Assembly: GCA_943789275.1 (NCBI GenBank)
Contig: CALSTM010000002.1
Span: 210,001 to 242,000, forward strand
Direction of reading: 5' to 3'
From: Candidatus Poseidoniaceae archaeon
Lineage (GTDB): Archaea; Thermoplasmatota; Poseidoniia; Poseidoniales; Poseidoniaceae
Length of the DNA stretch: 32,000 nucleotides
Shown: one piece after another, positions 8,852 to 15,666 of the stretch
Layout: each line of letters opens with the position of its first letter
Position numbering within the stretch: position 1 is the stretch's first letter
Position numbers and translations under genes: made by a program
Notes under the pieces: generated by a model
Told to the model about the DNA's origin: nothing
The model's database searches: none
What the model saw: the letters and a program-made list of their open reading frames with translations, nothing else

Positions 8852-9568
8852 TCAGATTTTCTTACCGCGACCTCGTCCAGTGCGGCTTGGTGCAATCAGA
8901 CCGACCTTAGCACCTGGAGGGGTGCCACGAGCGACCGAGTTAGGACCGTGAACAGCTTGGTGGTTTCCACCACCGTGCGGGTGGTCCACGGGGTTCATTG
9001 CAACACCGCTGACGTGAGGGAACAACTTACCACGGGCCTTGGCCTTGTAGTAAGCAGCACCTGCAGTTCGCAGTGGCATTTCATCTCGTCCGTGACCTGC
9101 AAGAACACCGATGGTTGCACGGCATTTTGCTGGAAGTTCACGGAGTGATCCAGATGGCATTCGGACTCGAACCTTGTCGCCGATTCGTGCTTCTACGAAA
9201 CACGAGTTACCAGCGGCACGAGCAACCTTGCCACCGTCTCCAGGACGAAGTTCAAGATTGTTGATTGCAGTTCCTTCAGGAATGTTCGCGAGTGAAGTGA
9301 TGTTACCCGGACGGAGTGCAGCATTGTCGCCGATAGCGACGCTTGCTCCGACAGCGAGGCCTTCAGTAGCCACAACAAGTGTGGATTCACCGTCTGGCAA
9401 CTTCATCCGAGCGAGTGGAGCTGAGTGAACTGGGCTGTGTAGCAATTCTGTAATTTCACCAACAACACCTTCAGTGCGAGGCATGCGGTTCGCACCTGGG
9501 AACCGATGGCTTGCAACACGGTATCGTGGAGAGGAACCTTTTCGTTGTGCACGTATTCTCTTACCCAT
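8852..9568 (-). CDS. rpl2: 50S ribosomal protein uL2
   Basis: 238 aa. VSGVAMNPVDHPHGGGNHQ is the uL2 signature. Confidence 0.97.
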   Translation of the reverse strand: MGKRIRAQRKGSSPRYRVASHRFPGANRMPRTEGVVGEITELLHSPVHSAPLARMKLPDGESTLVVATEGLAVGASVAIGDNAALRPGNITSLANIPEGTAINNLELRPGDGGKVARAAGNSCFVEARIGDKVRVRMPSGSLRELPAKCRATIGVLAGHGRDEMPLRTAGAAYYKAKARGKLFPHVSGVAMNPVDHPHGGGNHQAVHGPNSVARGTPPGAKVGLIAPSRTGRGRGKKI

Positions 9569-9579
9569 GATAAATCACC

Positions 9580-9837
9580 TCAGAATGCTCCCAAGCGCAT
9601 TGCTGCGTCTTCTGCGTCGTAACCTTCGGCAAGCTTAACGGAAGCGTGCTTGCCGTGTTTTGAATTTCGTACGTTGACTTTCGCCACTTCGACTTCGAAG
9701 ATGGTTTCAATCGCACGTGCGATTTGACTCTTTGATGCACTGCGGTGGACGATAAATTCGAGGCGTTGCTCAGTAGTACGAGCTTCCATCGATTTTTCGG
9801 TCAACCAAGGCTGAATGATAATGTCGTATGCGTTCAT
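9580..9837 (-). CDS. rpl23: 50S ribosomal protein uL23
   Basis: ATG 9837 (MNAYDIIIQPWLTEKSM...) follows GAGGTGA and lies after the rpl4 stop (9848). The track start at 9870 would overlap rpl4. Confidence 0.9.
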   Translation of the reverse strand: MNAYDIIIQPWLTEKSMEARTTEQRLEFIVHRSASKSQIARAIETIFEVEVAKVNVRNSKHGKHASVKLAEGYDAEDAAMRLGAF

Positions 9838-9847
9838 GATGTTCACC

Positions 9848-10729
9848 TCAGTTAAGTGCCTCCACAGCATCTTTGGTAAAGACGGTCAAACGACCGATGT
9901 CGCCACCAGGCGCCAAATCTTCGGCGCACAGGTCACGGGCTGCAACCACATCGACACCAGGAAGGTTTCGAGCGGCTTGTGCCAATCCAGACTTCTCCTT
10001 AACGACAAGAAGTACGGACTTTGGAGTCTTGTGGACACGCCCACGCATGGTAGCCTTGCCCGCACGAATCTTTCGACCGTCACGAGCACGCATCAAGTCA
10101 TCTCCAAGACCAATTTGGTTGAAGATGGCGAGAACCTTTCGAGTAGCGGAACCGTGGTTGAACGATTCAATGTTGAATTCTTCGCTCTTTCCATCTCGGA
10201 CTTCAGTGTAGTTACCAAGAACGATCGGAAGGTGAGAAATTTCTTCAGAGAAACGGTGGCCTCGGGAACTGACTGTTTCGACTGATGTCGTTGCAGTCAA
10301 TGCCGAGTTACGTGCAAGACGGCGTTCTTTCAAGTTGAGTTTTCGTCCCCAGTTCTTTTCGACCTTAGGCCCGTGTGCTCGGCGTCCACCAAGTGTGTGC
10401 GGGTTTTGTGCACCACGGCTTTGACCTGTACGGCGCATAATTCGAGATACACCTCTTCCCTTCCCCCACCATTCGACGGAGTGCTTCATACCGGCCATTG
10501 GCGCACGCTTTCCAACGTGAGCTCGAGAACCGTATGCTTGGCGTCGGTTTGCACGGCTTGATGCCACTGCTAACTTGATGAGATCAGTACGTAGTTCGGT
10601 TGAGAAAGCATCAGAAAGAGTGACTTTCTTTCCATTTTCAACAGAGATTTCAAAGTTTTCCTGGAGTCGACCAGCGTCTACTTCGTCTTGGCTGACTGTG
10701 TTGGTAATATCGATGACGTTTACTTTCAA
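9848..10729 (-). CDS. rpl4: 50S ribosomal protein uL4
   Basis: 293 aa. MKVNVIDITN...SRANRRQAYGSRAHVGKRAPMAGMKHSVEWWGKGRGVSRIMRRTG is uL4-like. The start codon read from the sequence is TTG (10729..10727), 2 nt after the rpl3 stop; there is no nearby ATG. Confidence 0.9.
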   Translation of the reverse strand: MKVNVIDITNTVSQDEVDAGRLQENFEISVENGKKVTLSDAFSTELRTDLIKLAVASSRANRRQAYGSRAHVGKRAPMAGMKHSVEWWGKGRGVSRIMRRTGQSRGAQNPHTLGGRRAHGPKVEKNWGRKLNLKERRLARNSALTATTSVETVSSRGHRFSEEISHLPIVLGNYTEVRDGKSEEFNIESFNHGSATRKVLAIFNQIGLGDDLMRARDGRKIRAGKATMRGRVHKTPKSVLLVVKEKSGLAQAARNLPGVDVVAARDLCAEDLAPGGDIGRLTVFTKDAVEALN

Positions 10730-10731
10730 CT

Positions 10732-11751
10732 TCAGACCCCCTGCTTGGATGATGTACTCACGTACGTGATTTCGTATGGGTGCAATGTCTTGTCGGAACC
10801 ACGAGTCGCATCACGGAATCGGATGAGGCGCTTTGCAGGTCCTGGGACACTTCCCTTAACCAGAATGTAATCGGAATTGACTTCGCCGTAGTGAAGGAAA
10901 CCACCAGATGGAGTGATTGCGTGGTCTTCAGGAGACGCGACGCGAAGAATACGCTTGTTGTATTCTGTGCGTTGGTGGTAACCGGTTTGACCACCTTGAC
11001 GGATGGACTTTCGGACGTATCCGTCACCGAATGCACCCATGTTACCGTGTTGTCGGCGTTTCTTTGAGTTCTTGTGAGATTGCAACTTACCACCGAATCG
11101 CTTGATGACACCTTGCCATCCGTATCCTTTGGTCACTGCGACGATATCGGTGAGATTGCCTTCTTCGAAAGCATCTGCAAATGAATATTCTTCACCCATC
11201 TTCTCCTTAGCGTAAGCAAGCTTTTCTCCGATGTTGCCACCGTCAAGTCCAATTTCCATAACATCGGGTGTCTTGGAAGAAAGGCTTGAGACAGAGGATG
11301 GTTGAGTTGCAGCAATCAATCGAACTTCAACAAGGTCTGCCTTCATGAGGTTTTCAAAGTGCTTCTCTGCATCGTGTTCCTTGCGCTCAGGTAGGCGCTT
11401 GAACAAGTCAGGGAATGCTTCAGAGATTTGGGCTGCGTCAGCCCATGCTTCACCAGCGGCTTGCTTGCCGTATGGAGTCATTGTATATCCACGGACGCCA
11501 AGAATTCGCATTTTAGGGCATTCTACCACTGTAACTGGGACACGTACTTCTTGTCCAGCAGATGGGCTTCGTGGGTTTAGGTCTCGAGCGAGAATATGAG
11601 TCATACCAGCTTTCCAGCCAGCAAATCCTTGCATTCTCACTTCACTTGCATCGGTTGTAGGCCACGACTTTACTAGACCAAATGGACGGTTTGCTCGCTT
11701 TCGCGGGCTGAACGCCATCGATCCTCTTCGTGGGTGACTTTTCTTTGCCAT
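10732..11751 (-). CDS. rpl3: 50S ribosomal protein uL3
   Basis: 339 aa. HPRRGSMAFSPRKRA...FAGWKAGMTH...VTKGYGWQGVIKRFG is uL3-like. AGGAGGA SD sits 6 nt upstream of ATG 11751. First gene of the cluster. Confidence 0.95.
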   Translation of the reverse strand: MAKKSHPRRGSMAFSPRKRANRPFGLVKSWPTTDASEVRMQGFAGWKAGMTHILARDLNPRSPSAGQEVRVPVTVVECPKMRILGVRGYTMTPYGKQAAGEAWADAAQISEAFPDLFKRLPERKEHDAEKHFENLMKADLVEVRLIAATQPSSVSSLSSKTPDVMEIGLDGGNIGEKLAYAKEKMGEEYSFADAFEEGNLTDIVAVTKGYGWQGVIKRFGGKLQSHKNSKKRRQHGNMGAFGDGYVRKSIRQGGQTGYHQRTEYNKRILRVASPEDHAITPSGGFLHYGEVNSDYILVKGSVPGPAKRLIRFRDATRGSDKTLHPYEITYVSTSSKQGV

Positions 11752-11990
11752 GTCGGATTCCTCCTATGTTTTGTACAACGCATTGGCCCCACCGTGGGGG
11801 GCGTACGAGGGCTCTCCGGAAAGGAGTAGCCGTGACACTGCGCCCCAATCCCACGAGCGGGGAAAGAGACAGGTGGGGTCCTCGGGGGATGGCCCATTGT
11901 GTCTGGCTGCTCACCTTTGAGCAACCATCCGACTTACCTCCCGTATATGAGTGGTTCGGTCACGTACAGCGGTGAGGTGTCGTGGTTCGT
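11752..11990 (-). promoter_or_regulatory. GC-rich structured 5' leader (or independent small RNA) plus promoter region upstream of rpl3
   Basis: Non-coding. About 65% G+C by my hand count over 11781..11920. Nested perfect helices: 11872-11878/11787-11793, 11841-11846/11798-11803, and 11823-11831/11810-11817 (one bulged A). A 9-bp hairpin at 11905-11926 needs a G-U pair only on the minus strand. A/T-rich TATA-like candidates on the minus strand lie at ~12005-11995 (AAAAATACATC) and ~11949-11943 (CATATAC). The TSS is not determinable from sequence. Confidence 0.4.
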
Positions 11991-12126
11991 TGATGTATTT
12001 TTGTTCTGTCAATCATGAAAAAGTCCCCGGTAAAGAAGTCTTCTTCCAACCAACACGGCATTTCAATTCACTTTCACAAGCAGACCCCACACTATCCTTT
12101 TGAACCCTCGACCCAAAAGTAGGGTC

Positions 12127-14796
12127 ATGGCAGTGGTGGTGCATCCTTTTCTCAAAGAGGGCGTACAAGCTCGAGCCTACCAAATGATGGTGCTGCGAAA
12201 CACTCTAGCAGCATCTACGCTCATGGTCATGCCAACAGGTTTTGGAAAAACCGCTGTTGAGTGGATGGCTATGGCTGAAGCTCTTCGACTGAACGTTGGA
12301 AAGATTCTACTTCTCGCTCCAACCACAGGACTTGTCGAACAACAGCAACGGATGGCCCAGGAAATGCTTCAGTTGGACGAAAAACTCATCGTCAGTTATA
12401 CCGGCGAGAATGCTATTGCTCAACGCCCAGCAATCTGGGAGGAGGCAAGCGTGGTTATGGCGACAGCCCAAGTGATTCGAAACGATGCTGCAAATGAACG
12501 CATTGACTTATCTGAAGTTGGCTTGCTTATCGTCGACGAAGCACACCACGGGACCGGTAATCACGCTTATGCCCAAGTTGGTAACATGTACCGTAAGGCA
12601 TGCGAAGGCCATACGGCACCGAAGATACTTGGCGCTACAGCCAGTCCAGGCACCACAGAAAGTAGTATACTGGAGGTGGTAAAAAACTACGACTTTGATT
12701 ATCTCGAGGTCTCTCGCAAAGAGGACGCTATGCTTCAACCGTATGCAGTGGAAATGAATACTGTCCCTCATAGATTACCACTACCAGAGGAACTTTACCT
12801 TTTGATGCGCCCATTGCAAGACCATTTCGACTTAGAAGCAAAACATCTCCAAGACATGGGGTTCCTTTCTCCAACATCATACATCTCCGGGAAAATGATC
12901 AACGAAGCACAGCGAAGGGCGAGTCAAGCCATCCAGAAACGAGATGTTCGCGGCTACGATGCTGCCCGACGCATAGGTGACTTGCGAAGACTCCATATTC
13001 TTCTTGACTTGATTCAAACTCAAGGTCTTAAGGCAGCAGTATCGTTTCTAGATCGAGCAGAGGAAGACGGGCGAAGCGGGGAGAGAACAACCAACCGATT
13101 TGTAGCGAAACCTGCTGTCCACCAGTTTAGAATTGCCACAAAGGATGTGCAAGAGTATCATCCGAAACCAGGTTATGTTCGCGAGTTAGTAAAGAAACAA
13201 CTCCAACAACACCCCAACAGTAAGATCATTGTTTTCACAGAATATCGAGATACTGTCGAAAATCTTGTCTCCATTTTGGAATCTATAGAAGGGGCTAAAC
13301 CGGACCGTTTTATTGGCCAGTCTGGTAAAGGTAAACGGAAAGGAATGACGCAAAAGCAACAACTAGGACAACTGCAACGTTTCCGTGATGGAGACATGAA
13401 TATTCTCGTTGCTACATCGGTGGGTGAAGAAGGATTGGATGTACCGGCTGCAGAACTGGTCATTCTCTACGAACCTGTGGCCAGCGCAATTCGTACCATA
13501 CAACGCAGAGGGAGAACAGCTCGTCAGCAAGCAGGAACGGTTCACACGCTGATTGCAGAACAAACGCGAGATGAATTTGTCAACAGCGCAGCCGGAAAGC
13601 GAGAGGAAAGGATGTACCGCTTGTTAAAACGAATACGCAAACGAGGATTTATTCCCTCAAGGCCACCTGCCTCTGATGCTGTTTTCGAAGCCTTTCGTAT
13701 TCGTATTGATGAGGATTTAATCTCGGTGCCCACTTTCATTGAAGTGGAAAAGAAAAGAATAGAAGCCTTACTTCCAGCGCCTAAACCGATTCAATCTGAA
13801 GAAAAGAAGACGTCGAAGAAAGAAAGAGGCATACCCGTTATTGCTCCTTCAGATCGGAGGCATAGCCACCAAATGGGGCTTGAACAATTTGCATCCAACC
13901 CCTCGCCTAAGCCGAGTAAAGTTGAGAACAACAAGCCATCGATGCGTACGGTTTGGCCCGAACCAATACTGGACGGTGAAGCGCATCGCCATCAAGAGAA
14001 CCTCGCATCTGCGGCAGCATCTGCAATTGCCTCAGAAATGAACGATGTGGAGAAACAAGACATCAGCATCACTCTTGACCATCGAGAGGCTTCCTCAACA
14101 CTCGGAGCCTATTTGAGGAGCAGGGGGGCAACAGTCCACTTCAGTCATCTAAACGAAGGTGACATTCGAATTTCCGAGCGTATACTCATCGAGAGAAAAA
14201 CTGCACGAGACCTTGTTAATTCTCTAACTGACGGTCGATTGCTCAGTCAGTGCCGACGTTTGATTGCTTCATCCTCACGGCCGATGTTGCTTATCGAAGT
14301 TGGCGAAGTTCACGGGCAATTTGTCCATCCCAATGCAGTCCATGGAGCGCTGGCTCACGTGAGTCTGGATTTAGGGATTCCAGTAATGATGACCAAAAAT
14401 CCTGAAGAAACTGCCCATTTCATCATCGCAGCAGCAAAAAGAGAGCACGATATGATCGAGAAGATGGCTGCTCTCGCCCAAGGCCGAACTCAAAGCCATG
14501 AAGATGAAAGAAGTATTGAGAGAGCAATTTCTGCTGCGCTTTCTGAAATCAAAGCCATCGAACTGGACAATGAAATACCAACACCGCTTGCTGGGAGATG
14601 GACTGAACATCAAAGAAAAGTATCCGTGGATGTTCTTTCGGCCATACCGGGAATTGGGGCGAAAAAGGCGGAATCAATGGTGGATGCATTCAGCACACTC
14701 TCTGGTGTTTTTTCAGCATCCGTTGAAGAATTAAGCAGATGTGAACACGTCGGTTCAGCAAGTGCATTGAGAGTGTTTGAAACACTGCATGAGTGA
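12127..14796 (+). CDS. hef: Hef: helicase-associated ERCC4/XPF-family structure-specific endonuclease
   Basis: SF2 helicase motifs MPTGFGKT, IVDEAHH, ILVATSVGEEGLDVPAAELVILYEP and QRRGRTAR. A long low-complexity linker follows. ERCC4 nuclease signature LDHREA ... GDIRISERILIERKTARDL (GDxnERKx3D). C-terminal (HhH)2: LSAIPGIGAKKAESMV...VGSASALRVFETL. The track start at 12100 is TTG; the first ATG is 12127 (MAVVVHPFLKEG...). Confidence 0.9.
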   Translation: MAVVVHPFLKEGVQARAYQMMVLRNTLAASTLMVMPTGFGKTAVEWMAMAEALRLNVGKILLLAPTTGLVEQQQRMAQEMLQLDEKLIVSYTGENAIAQRPAIWEEASVVMATAQVIRNDAANERIDLSEVGLLIVDEAHHGTGNHAYAQVGNMYRKACEGHTAPKILGATASPGTTESSILEVVKNYDFDYLEVSRKEDAMLQPYAVEMNTVPHRLPLPEELYLLMRPLQDHFDLEAKHLQDMGFLSPTSYISGKMINEAQRRASQAIQKRDVRGYDAARRIGDLRRLHILLDLIQTQGLKAAVSFLDRAEEDGRSGERTTNRFVAKPAVHQFRIATKDVQEYHPKPGYVRELVKKQLQQHPNSKIIVFTEYRDTVENLVSILESIEGAKPDRFIGQSGKGKRKGMTQKQQLGQLQRFRDGDMNILVATSVGEEGLDVPAAELVILYEPVASAIRTIQRRGRTARQQAGTVHTLIAEQTRDEFVNSAAGKREERMYRLLKRIRKRGFIPSRPPASDAVFEAFRIRIDEDLISVPTFIEVEKKRIEALLPAPKPIQSEEKKTSKKERGIPVIAPSDRRHSHQMGLEQFASNPSPKPSKVENNKPSMRTVWPEPILDGEAHRHQENLASAAASAIASEMNDVEKQDISITLDHREASSTLGAYLRSRGATVHFSHLNEGDIRISERILIERKTARDLVNSLTDGRLLSQCRRLIASSSRPMLLIEVGEVHGQFVHPNAVHGALAHVSLDLGIPVMMTKNPEETAHFIIAAAKREHDMIEKMAALAQGRTQSHEDERSIERAISAALSEIKAIELDNEIPTPLAGRWTEHQRKVSVDVLSAIPGIGAKKAESMVDAFSTLSGVFSASVEELSRCEHVGSASALRVFETLHE

Positions 14797-15657
14797 TTAG
14801 CCGCCGATGACCAGTGCACGTGTTCGAAGTTGTGCGAACCGGTCAGGGTAGTGGCCTAAAGCAAAGGCAACCATCTCAGCAAGGTGAAGAATAGGCATTG
14901 TGGTGTCTTTACGAGCAATTTTACCTGCTTTGGATTGATAAGAATCGAGGTTTGCATGGGAGATGGTGCATGCCGAGACAATGAGGTCTGCACCGCTTGA
15001 TTTAGCGTCGGAAAGAACGGCCGCAGTCATTCGCATTACCGGTTTATTGATGGTCAGCAACGAAGGCGCACCTACGCTTTGACATTTCAGGTCGTATTCG
15101 ACTGGTGTACCGCCAAGAGCCGTGATGAGTTGTTCCATGTAGGTTGGCATGAATGGGTCATCATCACCACAGGCTCCACTGCGTTGCATGCTTGAGCCGT
15201 AATATGCGGCTACATTCAACCGAAGAGGATTAATGACTGCATCTCGAACTTTTTCCAATCCGATTTCTTCGACCAAGAAATGCAGTAGATGACGAGATTG
15301 AGATTCACCGTTGTATTCGATGCCTGATGTACGGGCCACGATGTTGTTGACATGGTTTGCAAAACTGCGGTCTTCCTTGAACTCGTCAATTGTGTCGCAC
15401 ATGATGCCATGGCTGGTCGCACAGGTTGTCAGAACATCAAGGCCTTTGGATTCTGCAAGAGCGAGGTTGCGTGCAACCAATGCGTGCTGAAGCTTCGGTG
15501 AGGATTGCTTGATGATATTGCCACCGTCACTGCTTGCTTTGGGTATTTCAGTTAATTGAATGCCGAGAGTCTTGCACAGTGGTTGAATGCAATCTTCAAC
15601 TTCAGAAGACGCTGCACGAGCAGCATTACCGGGATAATATGCGATTTTCACAGCCAT
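14797..15657 (-). CDS. HdrB / SdhE(SdhC) / TfrB-C-like protein with two degenerate CCG domains (cluster cysteines mostly lost)
   Basis: 286 aa, collinear with remembered HdrB: KIAYYPGN.., KASSDGGN, LDVLTTCATSHG, LNVAAYYGSS, VEYDLKCQSVGAP, DLIVSACTISHANLD, MPILHLAEMVAFALG. GAGGTGGA SD; 9 nt downstream of the preceding gene. The stop codon abuts the convergent hef stop with zero spacer. Confidence 0.8.
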   Translation of the reverse strand: MAVKIAYYPGNAARAASSEVEDCIQPLCKTLGIQLTEIPKASSDGGNIIKQSSPKLQHALVARNLALAESKGLDVLTTCATSHGIMCDTIDEFKEDRSFANHVNNIVARTSGIEYNGESQSRHLLHFLVEEIGLEKVRDAVINPLRLNVAAYYGSSMQRSGACGDDDPFMPTYMEQLITALGGTPVEYDLKCQSVGAPSLLTINKPVMRMTAAVLSDAKSSGADLIVSACTISHANLDSYQSKAGKIARKDTTMPILHLAEMVAFALGHYPDRFAQLRTRALVIGG

Positions 15658-15666
15658 AATTCCACC

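Noticed and set aside
682-11599. Dozens of 60-200-aa plus-strand and off-frame minus-strand ORFs inside the ribosomal protein cluster (e.g. 682..1257, 2811..3398, 3961..4584, 5330..6109, 9815..10285)
   Set aside because: All are embedded in or antisense to confidently identified ribosomal protein genes. Their products are low-complexity or Ser/Cys/Arg-rich, typical of shadow frames, and none has its own SD-ATG context.
11807-11831. Plus-strand GAGGGCUCUCCGGAAAGGAGUAGCC, resembling SRP RNA helix 8 (UCCGGAAGGAAGCAGCC)
   Set aside because: The loop is a GGAAA pentaloop rather than a closed GNAR tetraloop, and the AGCA motif is not matched. Helix 8 should lie ~170-200 nt into a ~300-nt RNA, which would put the 5' domain inside rpl3. 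There is no convincing long helix 5.
12016-12035. GAAAAAGUCCCCGG, resembling the RNase P RNA CR-I/P4 motif (GAGGAAAGUCC)
   Set aside because: Only ~90 nt separate it from the hef start, too little for a 300+ nt RNase P RNA. No matching 3' P4 strand or other conserved regions were seen.
12015-12122. 35-codon plus-strand ORF (MKKSPVKKSSSNQHGISIHFHKQTPHYPFEPSTQK) ending 4 nt before the hef ATG
   Set aside because: There is no SD and no recognisable family, and the composition is unremarkable. It could be a leaderless uORF or micro-protein, but nothing in the sequence supports it beyond being open. It needs conservation or ribosome-profiling evidence.
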